DNA of 64,000 nucleotides from Azolla caroliniana (Eukaryota > Plantae > Polypodiophyta), in assembly GCA_043228905.1 (NCBI GenBank), contig JBHGNT010000011.1:2046001-2110000 (forward strand). The letters are read 5' to 3'. Every line of letters starts with the position of its first letter. Positions within the stretch are counted from its first letter, which is position 1. The notes beneath the pieces were generated by a model. It made no database searches, had not been told where the DNA came from, and saw only the letters and a program-made list of their open reading frames with translations. The position numbers were made by a program, and so were the translations under genes. Below, in pieces: positions 1-13,963 of this stretch.

Positions 1-449
1 GGGACAAATCAGGGACGAGGTCGAAGTCAAGGGGGAGGCCCACTTGTTTTTATTGCGGAAAGCCGGGGCACTTCCAGAAGAATTGCCGATACTTCTGGAA
101 GGAGAAAGGAACCGACAATGCCGATTCAAAGAAGGGTCCGGTGTTATATACACATAACGTTGGTGAGGGCAGGTCACTAATATTTACATTAGTGAAGGGT
201 ATGTTCACTAATGTTAAAAAAGGGGCTAATGTGATTGGATAGAAGGAATGATAGGTGCATGCACTATCATGATTTGGGCAACCAATGAACGGAGACCCTT
301 TTAGAAAGGCACATCTATTCAAGGGGCCTAGGAAAAGGTATAAATATGAGGCTTAGCTACCCTCATAAGGACATTATATATTTTCTATCCAATGTATTTT
401 CCTTCTTTCACTTTACTTTGGTCTATTGATTATTAATAGACTCTTAACA
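1..449 (+). mobile_element. 3' part of the 5' LTR of gypsy element A (starts before the window)
   Basis: TATAAATA at 339-346; ends ...TTAACA at 449 directly before a canonical PBS; gag and protease follow. Confidence 0.8.
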
Positions 450-450
450 G

Positions 451-462
451 TGGTATCAGAGC
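451..462 (+). promoter_or_regulatory. Primer-binding site for tRNA-iMet
   Basis: TGGTATCAGAGC one base after the LTR-terminal CA. Confidence 0.9.
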
Positions 463-698
463 ATTTACTAACAAATTTTTTTGTTGTTTTGATGTTTTTT
501 GCGTGTGAGTGATGGGGATCTAACAAGGCTCATTATGCTCTTCACAAAATCAAAACAACATTCTTAACCCGGTATTCTTCTTTCTCGATCTCTCTTTTCT
601 TTTCTATGATGCTTTCTTCTTGGTCATATGGAAGTGGTATTACGTTTTCTTTTCTTTTCTTTCTTCTTTCTACCATGATACAATATTAATTTACTTAT

Positions 699-1140
699 GC
701 ATCGGGTTGAGCGTGTTTGCACTAATCGCACACGCTCAACTCATGGCCCTTTTGCATATTGAGATGTATCTCCCACGCTCCCCTCTCTTGAGCCATCTCT
801 TACAATAATAATTATTCTTGTGCATTGGGTCGAGCGTGTTTGCCCTAATCGCACACGCTCACCTAATGGCCCTTTTGCATATGATGTTGAGTATGACACT
901 CTTCCCTTTATTGAGCCATCACTTGGCCGATTCTATGGGATGTTGTGGTCTTGACGAGGTGTATGTCACCTACCTATGCCAATCTACTCTCTATTGAGCC
1001 ATCACTTGGCCGATTCTATGGGATGTTGTGGCCTTAACGAGGTATATGTCGCTTACCTATGTCACTTTACTCTTTATTGAGCCATCACTTGGCCGATTCT
1101 AGGGAGATGTGGCAGTCTTGAGGAGGTGCATGTCAACTAC
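699..1140 (+). repeat. Tandem repeats in the leader of element A (2 x ~123 bp with hairpin; 3 x ~84 bp)
   Basis: GAGCGTGTTTGC..ACACGCTCA at ~705 and ~830; TTGAGCCATCACTTGGCCGATTCTA at ~911, ~994 and ~1077. Confidence 0.85.
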
Positions 1141-2138
1141 CTTAGGGTTTCATACCTTAAGGCATACTTAATGTTCATACACCTAATTGATTATTATTCT
1201 AATTATTTTCTAATTATACAAATTATCTTTTTACTTTTTGATGATTTTCTCATAATTGTCATTAAATACCCACCAACAATTAACTCTCTTTCTTGCCCTT
1301 ATTTTAAGTTCATCTACACTATTTACGTACGTTTAATGGTGTAACGATTCGTGTAGACTAATTTTTAATATTGAGTGGGCATCATGCCGCTTTTTGAACA
1401 TTTTTTCCAAAGTGTTCTCTAGGTTTGACTCATGTAATCAAGCCTTAGAACTCGATTAAAAAACACATGAGTTTCCCTATTGATGTTTTACTCATAAATT
1501 TGAGTACCACATCTTTGCACACACCACCACCACCATTTGTATCAATTTGTGGCTTATGTCACAATTGTACAAATTACAACCACCATATTGGGATGTATAT
1601 GTGCATACCTCACACCATCCATTTATTTGTGACATTTTTTTTAGTAGGTAGCACATGGGTTTTTTGACCCTTGCTTTCATCACTGCTTGATTCTTATGGG
1701 TAGTGTGTTATTTTATCATTTTTATCATAACATTTGCTTGTTACTCGCAAGACTAGAATATTACTTGTGAGTGCACTTGTTTTTTCACGTAATACACTTT
1801 CTCGACCATATCAATACATGTTGGGTTGACATTCTAAAATAAGGCTAACGAGGAAACTACATTGATGTTAGAACCATGGTTGAGCCTCGGGGAGCCACCA
1901 TGATTATTCAAGATAGAGATCCGAGAAAGACATCTTATCTATGTTTTCCCCCATGTTTTTTAAAACACCATAGTGTTACCATAGTTATCGGATCTTGAGT
2001 CACATCTCATATGTCTAGAGGGGTAAAGACGTGTCAAGATGCTTTCTTGGTAAAGTTCTTACAATCAAAATTTCAAGCATTCATTTTGCTTGTGTATTTT
2101 TTGAACCTCATTTATATTGCATACCCACAACTTGCATC

Positions 2139-2900
2139 ATGGAACAAGTTTTGAACGTTGTTGGAGCGATCTCTCCGACCGAGACCTCTCAACTCCAATC
2201 CACATCTCGCACACAAGTTGAGATCACTATTGAGCAATTGCTCACTATTACCTTGAATCAATTGGCCGAAATGAGGCAGGCCAATATGGCATTAGAAAAG
2301 AAATTCCAAGAATTGACTATTGAGTCCAAGAAAGAAGGTGAAACTTCTTTCGTAGTAACGCCATTCAAGGGAGATAAGAAAGAAGGAACCAAGGAGGCCA
2401 TTAGCACTTGGCTTGGTCGTAGGGAGTCTCACTTTGAGCTCCACCCCAAGCCTGATGTTGTGAAAATTGGTTATGTCAGTCGTGAGTTAGGTGGCCGAGC
2501 TGCTGATTGGTGGCGCGACCTAAAAACAACAACGAACTTACCCACAAGTTGGGAAGGTTTCACTGATGTTTTTAAGAAATAGTTTTTGCAGCCACCTTCT
2601 CAAATTGAACAAACACAACACTTGCTCACATTGTCGAGTAAGCCATTTACCTCTCTTGGGGATTATGTGCATCATGCTCGGACCCAGATCCAAAAATCGG
2701 GACTTACGAGTGAGAAATGGTTTGTTGCTTGCTTTTTTAATGGTATTCCCAATGGGGATTACCATTGAATTGTCCATGACAAGGACCCCACAACTTTCGA
2801 GGAAGCCGTCAACATTGTACTTTGGTACCATAGGACTTCCAAGAAAGACCACAATAAACCTGAGTTCGCCAAAACTCTAAATGTCAAGTTCATTGGGAAA
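2139..2900 (+). pseudogene. Gypsy gag (retrotransposon gag domain), disrupted
   Basis: PFKGD..WL..E.HF, LGGRAADWW and TSWEGFTDVFKK*FLQP motifs; in-frame stops. Confidence 0.75.
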
Positions 2901-3108
2901 CGTAGGCAATCCAGTGACACTCTTGACCGCAACTCTAGAAACCGAACCTCTTCTGTGCATATTGCAAGAAGCGGGGCCACACAAAGGATACATGTCGTCC
3001 TCTTGAGAGGAAATCAATGAACACCCCTCCTCAAGACAAATCTACGAGTCACACAGGTGAGTCTTTTGATGTTGTTGAAGTTCATACCAACCATGTAAGT
3101 TCATGTGA

Positions 3109-3670
3109 ATGCACTTTTCCCTCACATTTACTTGGAATGATTTACTTCGAGCAGTCGGGTATATCAAAGGAACACAAGCACATTTCTTGTTTGATTCCAG
3201 TAGTTCTCACAATTTTCTTAATGATCACTTTGTGCAGCAAATGGAACTCCACATTAACGCAAGTGAACATATCTATCAAGTTCACATGGCAAATGGAAGT
3301 TTTCAATACATTAGCGGCATTGTTTCTCAACTGCCAATTCAAATAGATACCTATTTGGAGAAGCTAGACTTTCCTGTTATGAAACTTATGAAACTACAAT
3401 CCGCAGATGTCATTTTAGGATACCCTTGGTTTTTTAATAAAAACCCTTCTTTGTCCATTGATTGCGTTAATCACTCAATCACATTTGAACTTAATAATTG
3501 TAAACATTTTATTCAATGTTCCAAACTTCCTTCTCGTTCACTTGTGTCTTCTAAATCTTTAAGTGAGTATTCTAGTTCATTAATTTATTCGTGTGTAATT
3601 GATCTTGTGCGTCAATTTTATTATTTTAATATTGACCCCACACAGACTAACGTTAGAAAACATCTCAGAC
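3109..3670 (+). pseudogene. Gypsy aspartic protease, truncated by an LTR at 3671
   Basis: FLFDSSSSHNFL (degenerate DSG), VHMANG and DVILGYPWF motifs. Confidence 0.85.
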
Positions 3671-4962
3671 TGTAGTATGCTTAATTACGTAATAACCTCA
3701 AATTTCTCTCCTACATCTCTCCTCTATCTTTTTCCTTCGATTTGCTACTCCTTATATATATGTGCCTTGGCGCGCTGTCGCGGTAGTCTGCGGTTGCATG
3801 TCTGATCCAGGCGGGACCATCGGGGTCATGGACCAGGAGGGGAGGAGTTGCTGGGAACCCGAAAGCTCCGGAGCTTGCCACGTTTCCGGCCGGTTCGATC
3901 CCGGATACTCTCCGGACGCGACCGATAACCGCATGGGAAGTGAGGGAGAGTGCCCTCTTCATTTCTGCCCCTTTCGCTCGTATGTACAAGGCGCCCAAAA
4001 GAGGCACGAGACATGGCCCGGTTAACCGCGCTTGCGCACACACACACTCACATGTACACGCAACGCTCGCTGCGATGCCAGTTCCACACGGAGAGGAAGA
4101 GGGAGCTTGCATCCTAGGGTTGTTTGGGGAGCCCCCAAGGTCGTTCATGCGACGGGACCCTCGTGCAGGGCACGCCTCTTCCAAAACGACCACCTCTAGT
4201 CACCAAGCCGCCTTCAAGGGAGCGCACGGGCTCGCTGAACCGAGTTGGCTCTTGCACGCCAAGGAGGGAAACCTGCCAACGAACCACCCAACGCGCGCTC
4301 TCTTTACAAGCGGCGGGAGCAAACAACCACACACACATAGACATACTGAACCGTGGAGTACTGAGGACCAACAAGCAGGAACTCAGGGAAGGCGTAGACA
4401 ATCTGCACGTTGCCCGCCACAACTAAACACGCCACCTACGCACGCACACAAAGGACACCGAAACCCTAACAGAGAATAGAGACCGCACACACCAAGATGA
4501 AACCCTAACAGAGAATAGAGAAAGACGTTATTCACAGAAGTTTATTAACACTAAACGGAACCTCAAAATGTGGAACAAAACTCTTTGGGACCCAACGGGT
4601 GGGAACCCTTGTACAAGAAGCGTGCCCTCCCTTTTATAGAACAAGGTGAGGGTCGCGTGACTATGTGGGATAAATCCCGTGATACATGGGATCCTCCGTC
4701 CCAACTTTCGGCGCCATAAAGGCGCCCTTATTCCCTATACAAGTTTTACAAGAGTGGGTGCACATGGTGCACCTTGCTGATTCCTCCAATATCTCCCGGT
4801 TTCTCACGGTAGCGCAGAATCTTCACGACAACGCTCCTTCTCCTTCCACATTTACGGCTATGTTTATTTTGGCTACTTCTGATTGGCTTCAGTTGTTTTA
4901 GCTACTGTTATCTAATACTTGTTACGTTTCACATATGATACTGTTTTGGCCGATGGACAACA
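3671..4962 (+). mobile_element. Short LTR of family B (~235 bp) split by a 1055-bp insertion
   Basis: TGTAGTA...GACAACA; 3671-3775 plus 4835-4962 align along their length with 13964-14196. Confidence 0.9.
3776..4830 (-). mobile_element. GC-rich solo LTR with TGTCGCG...CACGACA termini and 4-bp TSD
   Basis: Interrupts LTR B; TSD GCGC/ACGC, checked against the uninterrupted copy at ~14062; TATA-like CTATAAAAG on the minus strand at ~4635. Confidence 0.8.
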
Positions 4963-4964
4963 CC

Positions 4965-4981
4965 TGGCACGCCCGTGGGAC
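4965..4981 (+). promoter_or_regulatory. Putative PBS complementary to a tRNA-Arg 3' end
   Basis: TGGCACGCCCGTGGGAC two bases after the LTR CA; resembles the TGGCACGCCCNGTGGGAC Arg PBS of Tat/Ogre-type elements with one base missing. Confidence 0.7.
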
Positions 4982-5054
4982 AGTGCCTTGGCACGTCGAA
5001 CCCAACAAATCGAAATTTCCCCAAAAACCTTGTTGAAATTAATTAGAGTTAATG

Positions 5055-7844
5055 CTAGGTCAAAATGTGGAGGATTCCCTCCGTCTGGTTTGGTTTTGTG
5101 GTTTCGTCCTTAGGAATGGTCGCAGGGTCAGGTTGTGGTGTGCTGGTGTTTTCGGTCAAAATGTCTGTTGCACGCTCCTTTTTGTTGTTGCTCGAGGATC
5201 TTGGGGAGGTTGGGGTGTGGCTGTCCGGCTTTATCGGTCGGTCTTCGACTGTGACAGGTTGTTTCGGAGCGTTATCGTTCAAGGCTTGCTCCGTTTGGAT
5301 CATCACCAACATTTGGTCGTCGTTGAATTCCTCAAGGAGGGTGCCGATGGCTTTGGTGTGGGTATCAGCTAGGGCATGAAAATCCTTGGTGAGGTCTTCT
5401 CGGATCATTTGTATGCTATTGTCGTCCATCTTGTAGAAGCCTTTTCCTCCCTTCCTTCAGTTTTTGGCGTCCGCCTGTAGGACTTGCATTTCGGTTGCTT
5501 GAGCCGACCATTGCTTCCAACTTGCAACTAGTGTTTCCTCGACCTTTTTGTTTAATATCTGTCGTTGCTTCATGACTAACACATTGATGCGTTCCTCCCG
5601 TGTGTCGTACATTGTTTGAAGAGCCAATGTCTCATACTTGGCTCTTTCTATGTCGAGCCGTAATTTCCCTGTAAGAATTTCGCAAGATGTATTGACTGCC
5701 TTGACACTTGCCGCTGTTTCCTCCATTACTTTGTCGATTCGTCGGTTGAACTGTGTTTGAGCCTCCTCTAGTTCTTTTATGTGTTGTTCGTGTGTCTGCT
5801 CACGTTCGTGGATACTATCTATTTGGTGTTTGGGGAGCTCATCAAATAACCGGATGTGCTCGTTTTTTACGTCTTCGTATTTTTGCAAAAATTGACTCAA
5901 GCATACTTGCATTTCCACGAGTTCTTTGTTCAATGAAGCGATTTGTGCAACCGCAATGTCCTGTATGGATGTAATAGAGTCGACCACTTTTTCTTCTGTC
6001 TCCTTGACCTTAGCCATCTGTTCTTGTAGCACCTTCATAAGTTCGGCTTCCTTGTGCATGGATTTCTCCTTGCTTTTGACGGCCTCCGCTTGTGCGTGCT
6101 TGTAGCATTCTTTCACTTTTTCTGCAATGGTTTTGTGCAGATCAATCTCTTCTTCATATTGGCGAATAGTTTCGCCTATATCTTCGTCGGTTTGCACAAC
6201 TGTTGTCGCCAGAGCGGTAGGGCAAGGTCGCATGGTATGATCGACTGTGTTGGTTCGTTCGCACACATCGGGATGGTCCGTTTGTGTCGTCGTCCTGGTC
6301 TGTTCGAGCCAATGTGGTAAGTCCGTCTACATTGATTGATCATTGGAGGTAGAAGGGGGAGGGTAGAGGGGGCGGTGGTGGCTGATCCCGTGTTCGAAGC
6401 TGCTGCTCTAATTCGGCCCGTTGTGCTTTAGAGGCTTGCCATAGGTCTATGGCAGCCTTTGCTTGCTTGCTTCTTTGTTACGGGTAGCCATGTCTTTGGC
6501 GGCATGCGTCGCTCTGTCCAATTCCTGGTATACTTCGACCAACTCCGTGTTGAGCTTTGGAAGCTCAATGCGTGTTCGTCGTTTCTTTGTTGCCTGTTTG
6601 CGTCCAACCTTCCGTAGTTTCGGCTCATCATCTGAAGCCAGTTCATTGTCTAAGGCTCTCTCTATGACCTGCTACTGCTGCTCGACGTGTTCCTGGGCCA
6701 TGCGGGCCATGACAGCTACATCGAGACAAGACAAAAAGTCGATGAGATCGTATGCTGTGCCATGTTGCAAATGTGCTCCGAGTTCGAATGCTTCCCCTGG
6801 TAGATCGCAGAAGGTTAATACTTCATCCTCCGAAAATTGTGATTGCTGACCTTGCTCAATAGGTATGTTGGGATCCATCGTGTTGGTTGTCACGATTGCG
6901 GTAGTTTCCTTCGAGCGGAGGACCAATTGTTTGTTGGCAACCAACATTCCATCCTTGATCTACATGGTGTAGGTAGTGTTGGTGCGACGACGTTTTGCGG
7001 CGGATCAGGTTCTGGTGATGCTTGTTTTGTGCGCTCCTGTTGTTGTTCGGTCTCCACTAACTGTGGGACCTCTAGAACAAACTTTGGCTGTTCGGCCTAT
7101 TTGGCTGGTTTCGAGGGTAGTGTCGGGCGGGGTGAGGGTATTGCCCGTGCCATCTTATCACGACCGTGTATAGTGATATTGTCCCCGTCTTCGGTGTTTT
7201 GCTCGTCTTGGGTTGTGGACATGGCCTAGTTATCTTAATCTTGCCACTCTTCATGCGACAACTGCAATGTTCATTGTCGTTTAGCCCTAGGGGGTGCAAC
7301 AGGGAGCGCCAATGTCTGTCGTGGCGGTTGTGCTTGGGGAGGGTACAACATGGCAGTGTATTGTGCTAGCACGGGTAAAAATCGTTTCTCGATTGAAAAG
7401 AAGCGATGGCCGCTCGGACACCTTCCCCGATGATGATCCCCTAATCGATTGCTCTGCCGCGGTAAGCTGTAATAATTAATCCTGCTTATTCTTTGGCATG
7501 CCATAGGGGTTTGCGTGGATGCAGGCGTACTCGAGGAGGAAATGGGCTAGGTTCCCAAAGAACTCATTGGGACCTCCATGTGTGCGATGAGCTTTTCCTG
7601 AAAGTGAATATTCTCTGAAATGTTGCTCCAAGATGTGTTGAGGCAGTGCGTCGATATCGTGTTCACCTCCGCTCTGCAGATGAAGCGCTGCTCGGATCAT
7701 GTTGTTGGAGATGGTGTCAGGGTGGATCCTTCTAGCGATGGCCTGAGCTTCTGGGTGGGGATGTGCATCGTGGACGTTGAGATATCCTGAGAGGTTGTGT
7801 TTGGACACCTAGGTGCGGAGTTCTCTAGATACTTCGAGCGGCAT
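5055..7844 (-). pseudogene. Large accessory ORF downstream of pol (coiled-coil rich), broken into pieces
   Basis: Collinear minus-strand ORFs 7476-7808, 6672-6947, 5457-6266 (E/K/Q heptad-rich) and 5055-5429; CT-rich leader and TATA-like TATTTAAA at ~8145 upstream. Confidence 0.6.
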
Positions 7845-8271
7845 GGTGAGGGTTGGAGAGTCAGGTAGATAGGGAGAAGGCTGTGGAAATGGAGAACGAG
7901 AGAAAGCTTGGTTAGAGAGAGGAGGTGAGTGGGAGCAGTTCTGCACAGAAGGAGCGAAAGCTTGAGAGTTCTTGCAAGTGTGGTGGCTCTGGCTATTGGT
8001 GATGTTTTTATGTGTGTGCCTCGGTTCTCGAGACGTGCCCTTGTGCCCTAGATTCAGAATCTTGCTTGCCATGCTAGGAGTTAAGGGCCACACGTCGTGT
8101 GAACCATTTGTATTTACTTTTCTTGAACATCGCATCTCGTCTTTAAATAGTGAGTGGGTTTCCTTTTTTATTTTTTCCCCATAATAATATTGTACATGTA
8201 GACGGTAGGTAGGGTTGTTACCATAATTAAGGTGTGATCCCCTCGGAATCCTTTGTTCCACTTACCATTGG

Positions 8272-11200
8272 TTGGTAAATGGGTTAGGTGGTGTCGTTCC
8301 ACGATACGGTTTCAAGCGAAACCCGTTGACCCAATAATGTAGCGCTTCGCCGGCCAGTGTGCCGAGTTGAAAGGTGATGTTGTATGTGTTGATGATCGAA
8401 GCTTGCCGGGCATAGCCCCAAGTTTTGTTTGAAAAACCAGGACCGGCTGCCCGATTTCAAAAGTTTTGTTCGGTATCCGACAATGTCTATCGACAAAGGC
8501 TTTCCTTCGTCTCTGGCCGTGCTCCAATTGAGCCAGATTGGTAATTCGTTGTTCTCCGAGTTCGAGCAATTGGACCAGACGTTGGTGTTCGGATTCTGAT
8601 TCCGGTAATCGTTTGGCTATTTGTATTCGCAAGCTGGGTACCTGGAATTCAATGGGCATTACAACTTCTAATCCGAAAGCTAGCCGAAAAGGCGTTGAGC
8701 CGATACTGGTTTTTAAGGTTGTGTGATAAGCCTATAAAGCATTGTGTAATTCATCATCCCAATCCATGTGATTCTCATTGACGATTTTCTTAAGAATGGT
8801 CTGAAGGGTTTTATTTGTTGATTCAACAAGACCATTAGCTTGGGGGTAGTACGGGGTGCTTTTCTTGTGCATGACGGTGTAGTGGGAGGTTAATTCGCGG
8901 ATGATTCGATTGACGAAGTGTCCTTCGTGATCACTTACTAGCTCGATTGGACAATCGAAACAACACCATAAATTTTTGTAAATGAATTTCGCGGTTGATG
9001 CTGCCATGTTATCTCGAAGCGCTTTTGCTTCGACCCATTTCGTACAGTAATCGGTTGCTACTAGTATATATTTGTTTTCGGTGCGTGTGGCAGGAGGTTT
9101 ATAAGGGCCTACAAAATCCAAGCCCCATTTTTGGAATGGTTCCAAGGGAAGGATCGGCTGGTGCGGCATGCAGTCGCGCTCATCTGGTTGTCCAATTCGT
9201 TGACAAAGATCACACTGTTTACAAAATTTGTGAGCATCCTTTTTCGTGGTCGGCCACTAGAGCCCACTCTGCCAGATTTTTCGGGCTGTGGCGTCGCCTC
9301 CATAATGCCCACCCGCAATCTGTGGTGAGCTTCCCGAAGTATGGTGTCTTTCTCGAATTGTCGAATTGCGCACCTCCAGATGCCATCTGAGGCTTTGTGA
9401 TACAGTGTATTTGTGAATAAACAGAAATTACGGCTTCAGAGTGCTAACCGTTTCTGAGTGTCAAGTGGGAGGTGATCCAGGGGAAGTCCCATACTTAGGA
9501 ATTGTGTCATTTAGGTGATCCAGGCGTCGTTAGGATTAGACTCGATGGGTGTGGTGTCAATGGAGAATAGGGCGGTGTCCGGTAAGTTAGCGTATTCCTG
9601 ATCCGACGGTTCTCCCGTTTCCAAACGGCTAATATAGTCGGCAATGGCGTGTTGAACTCCTGGTCGGTGTTGAATCTCGAAATCGAACTCCTGAAGGAGC
9701 ATCATCCATCGTGCTAACCGACTAGTCAGAGCTTGCTTATTTACAAGGTAAAGTAGTGCCGAATGATCTATGTGGAACGTGAATTTTCGGCTGAGCAGAT
9801 AATGCCGAAATTTCGTAAGGCTATATATCATGTCGAGTGCTTCTCGTTTCGTGGTGGAGTAATTCCTTTCTGCTGTCAAGAGTTGACGGCTCGCGTAGTA
9901 GACTGGGCGATACCAATTGGGTGGGGTTTTTTGCATTAAAGCACTACCGATCGCAATATTGGATGTGTCCACGAATACGTGAAAGGGCTCTGTCCAATCC
10001 GGGGGTTGGACTACTGGGGCTTGGGACAACATGACTTTCAGTGTTTGGTATGCCGTGTCTTCTCATTCTGTCCATCTAAAAGGTACCGTATGGACTGCTG
10101 CGTGTAAAGGGGTCGCAGAATCGGCAAGGTATCGGAGCATACGACTATGCCACCGTATTTGGCCCAGAAATCAGATGAGTGCTTTGGCCGTAGTGGGGGC
10201 CGGGGCATTCAAGATGGCTTGCACCTTGTCTGGGTCCATAGTGATACCCTCTTTACTAACAATGTGACCTAGTAAAGCTCCGCTTGTCACTTGGAAAGCA
10301 CATTTGGCCGGATTGAGGTTGAGTCGTGCGTGCTGACATCTCTTGAGGCATAATCGTAATTGCACAAGGTGTTCCGCGTGTTGTCCATAAACAACAAAAT
10401 CATCAAGGAAGACTTGCAAAAAGGCTGGAATGAAGTCCTTGAAGATTTTAGAGATTATGCGTTGAAATGTGGCGGGGGTTGTTTTCAAGTCGAACATCAT
10501 AACCACGACCACGAATACACCCCATTTTGTTATGAAGGCTGTTTTCTCTTGATCATCTGGGTGCATGCGAATTTGATTATAGCCACTGAAACTGTCGAGG
10601 AAGCTATAACAATCGTGGCCGGCCATTGTATCAAGGATGATGTCGGTGCATGGAAGTGGGAAGGCATCCGTGATCGTGACGACGTTAAGTTTCCGGTAAT
10701 CCACACAAACCCAGATTTGTCCATTCTTTTTCGGGACGACCACAATAGGACTTAGCTATGTGGCCCTTTTCACCGGCCTGATGAATCCTACGCGTAGTAA
10801 TTTATCGATTTCATCTTCTACTTTCGCCGCATAGTTGGGATTCATACAATATCGTCGTTGTTGAATTGGCCGTGCGTCTGTTTGAAGGTGTATCTGGTGT
10901 TGGTAGTACTGAGGATCTAAGCCTGTCATGTCGCTGTAGGACCACGCGAACACGTCCTGATACTCCGTAAGCAGTCCAATTAAGGCCGATCTGTCCCTAG
11001 TTGCTAGGTCTTTGGCAATTTTTATGGTATGTGGCTCGGAAGGTGAGCCGAGGTTGACCTCTTCTAAGGTGGAGGCTTTTACACATTGCGATATTGCTAA
11101 TTCACGGTCAAGTGCGTCACAGGCTTGTAGAAGTTCTTTTATTAACGCCTGGTCGGGTTTCGTGGGGAACTTCGTGATCGATGGCATTGGCTATGTAGGG

Positions 11201-13620
11201 TTCGACGGCCGAAAGGACGTCGATTTCAAAAAGCGGAACTATCGTAGGGTGGTCATCCACGAACGAGTTCAGCTCGTCATCTGCGAGACCATCTAACATA
11301 TGGAATCCTTCGGTGTATAATGGGTTGTTGTCAGAAGAAGTCGGGGTTCGTGCTTTTGTAAGAATGCGGACTTTAGTTTTTCCGCACCAAAATGAGATCA
11401 TGTTACGCTGCCAGTGCTGCTTGATGTTGGCGGTACGTAGCCATGGACGCCCAAGCAAGAGGGGGTAAGCCCCGGGGGCCTCTAAGTGTAAGATTACGGC
11501 TGACACGATAAAAGCATGCCCTCCCAAGGTAAATTCCAAGTTTCGAATGAGGCCTATTGGGCGTATCGACCGTGTATACACCATTCGTAACCAGAATGGA
11601 CACAACTCCCATTGAGTGATGCCGATCTTGTTGCATGTCACTTCGCTGATCACATTGACGCCTGAACCACCATTAATAATGCATCTGGGAACTTTGTGAC
11701 CTCGTAAGATGAGTTGTACAACTGGATTTTGTGAATCCATAAGAGGAGATCCTGGTGTTGGGGCTGTGAGGTTTACGGATGGATGCAACGGATCCCGATT
11801 TGTGAGTGAATGGACCATCTCCTTGAAGCGAGGTAACAGGTGGAGTAGTTATTGCAGCGGCATGGATATTTGGGAGTCCGCGAGTGCTTGCCACCCGAGA
11901 TCGGTATCCGTGTGATCGGTGGAGCTAGGTTGATCCGAGTGTGCGGTCTGTAGTTGGCCGTGTTTTTGTTCATTGGATTCCACCATGTCGGCTTTCATAC
12001 GGTCTATGTTGGCGTTATTGGTTGTATCTACCCAGTCCTTAGCCTGTTGCCGAACAGAGTCCTAGATGTCCCACCGTGATTGCTGCATGGTCTTACTGCG
12101 TGTGGTCACCAACTGCATGTTAACCGTGACTCATGTTTACTGCTGGTGCTTTTCCCCTATTGTTGGTGGGGCACTCGTTGGCATAGTGACCTAGGTGATT
12201 GCACTTAAAGCAAGTGATGGGTGTCAAGGTATTGAGGGTCGCCGTGCTCGAAGTGGGTTTGTGGTGGTTTTCGTGGTTGATCCTCCCGTCCCTGCGGAGA
12301 ATATCACTGTGGAGGGTTGTCCTGAGCCTCCATTGGGGGGTTGTGCCAGTTATTCTCGCGTTAGTTATCGCGGCGGCGATTGTCAAAGTGTCGGTGGTTG
12401 CTGAAATTACAAAAACCGCAATTATAGTGCCAATGCTTGTTCATGTGGTGTGGCTGATTGGGGTAGCAATAGGGCTCGATACAATATTGGTTTTCCGGAT
12501 TGTAACATGTCGTGTCAAAGGTACTCCCCTGTGTTGTACTATGGACGGTTTTCTTCCCACGGCCGTGTAGCCTCTCTGTTGAGTGGGGGTGGTTTTGCTT
12601 GATTAGGACGAGGCTCAATTTGGTGAACTGGGCTGTGTTTGTCCGGTTCAACATGTTATATTTGCACTAGACCGTGTGGACCCGTGAATGGCAGATGGGG
12701 TAGTGTGGTCGTGAAGGATAGTCAAGGGCGGAGTGCCTAGATCTGGCACATACCGTGCATTGTAACACTTGCTAGAACTGTGTTTCCTTAGTTGTGGGTA
12801 AGGCAGTTTGAAGCGTGCCCATTGTGAATTTCTATGATGTGCCCTATCGAGCGCAAGAACACGGGCAACTACTTGCTCGATGGTTTGTTGTGAAAAACCC
12901 GTGAGAGCCAACATCGTGCATAAAGGCTCACGGAGGTCAGCCAAGAACTTATCCTTGAGATGGTTGGTTGAGACATGTTGTGCCAGTTGGCGGTAGAGAT
13001 CTTGAAATTGGAGAACAAATTGGGATACGATTTCGTTGGGTGCTTGTGTGATTGTGTAAAATAGCCGAAGCAATTCCCGTTTGGGAATCTCTCAGTGGAA
13101 TAATTCTAGAAACTGCGTGCAGACATCCTGGAATGTAGTGAACTCCCCAGGATCGTGCCGAGAAAACCAGCGTGCAGCGGGGCCGTCGAGGGAGAGGGTG
13201 AATTTGGCGATTTTGGAGGCGTCGATCTCCACGTCCATGAGCCGTTGTGTCGAATGGTTGGCTTGCCACGTGTTGAGAGTGGATGTGGGCTTCGGCATCC
13301 GGGCCATCCGTGTAACGGACATAGGGGTGATAAGCCACTATATCAAGATCTGGGTCGTCTGGAAGGGTCGGGAATGGGTTGCGCTCCGGTGGAGGTGAGA
13401 CTTTCGGAGGACTTGGAGGGGTAGAAATATCAGGACTGATATGTGACTGTGAGTCTGGGATTACTGGTGGTGAAGATTGGGTTTTCGGATTGACTGATGG
13501 TGAGATTCGTGATTCTCGGGACAAATGTTCTGTGAGCACGGAATCGGCCGTCTCCTTGGCAAGCTCGGTGCGGCGAGACGGTGGCCGGAACGAGTACTTC
13601 TTTTGGGCGTTGTACTAGCG
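8272..13620 (-). pseudogene. Non-chromovirus Ty3/gypsy gag-pol (gag, CCHC, PR, RT, RNase H, INT) with frameshifts
   Basis: CFKCNHLGHYANEC knuckle (~12200); IINGGSGVNV protease; VCVDYRKLN and FLDD RT; FHVFVDTS/YYASR RNase H; WGLDFVGP and YYPQANGLVE integrase. Confidence 0.95.
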
Positions 13621-13963
13621 ACTGGGATTACCACCACGTGAATTGGCTGTGCTACACAACGTGAACCGAGCGTGCCAAAGTGTGTTACCTTCCACTCCGG
13701 AGGCTACACCTTCGATTCCTAACCGGAATCAGACCAAAGGACTGTGGTATGTGGTGGTCGAAATCGCTTTTACGAAATGGGATGGCACCCTACAGATTAC
13801 ATAAGAGAAAGTCTCGGCTTATGTATACACGATAGGGAGAGATAGATTACTTAACAATTATTAAAAGCGAACATTGACACAACATAGGCCCAGCACTGTT
13901 TAGATTATGGAATGAGAAATGATTACAGTTACACGACTATCTGCCAGAATGTATTAGATACAC

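Noticed and set aside
3711-4479. Several overlapping ORFs of up to ~180 aa
   Set aside because: By-product of high GC in a solo LTR; no recognisable domain.
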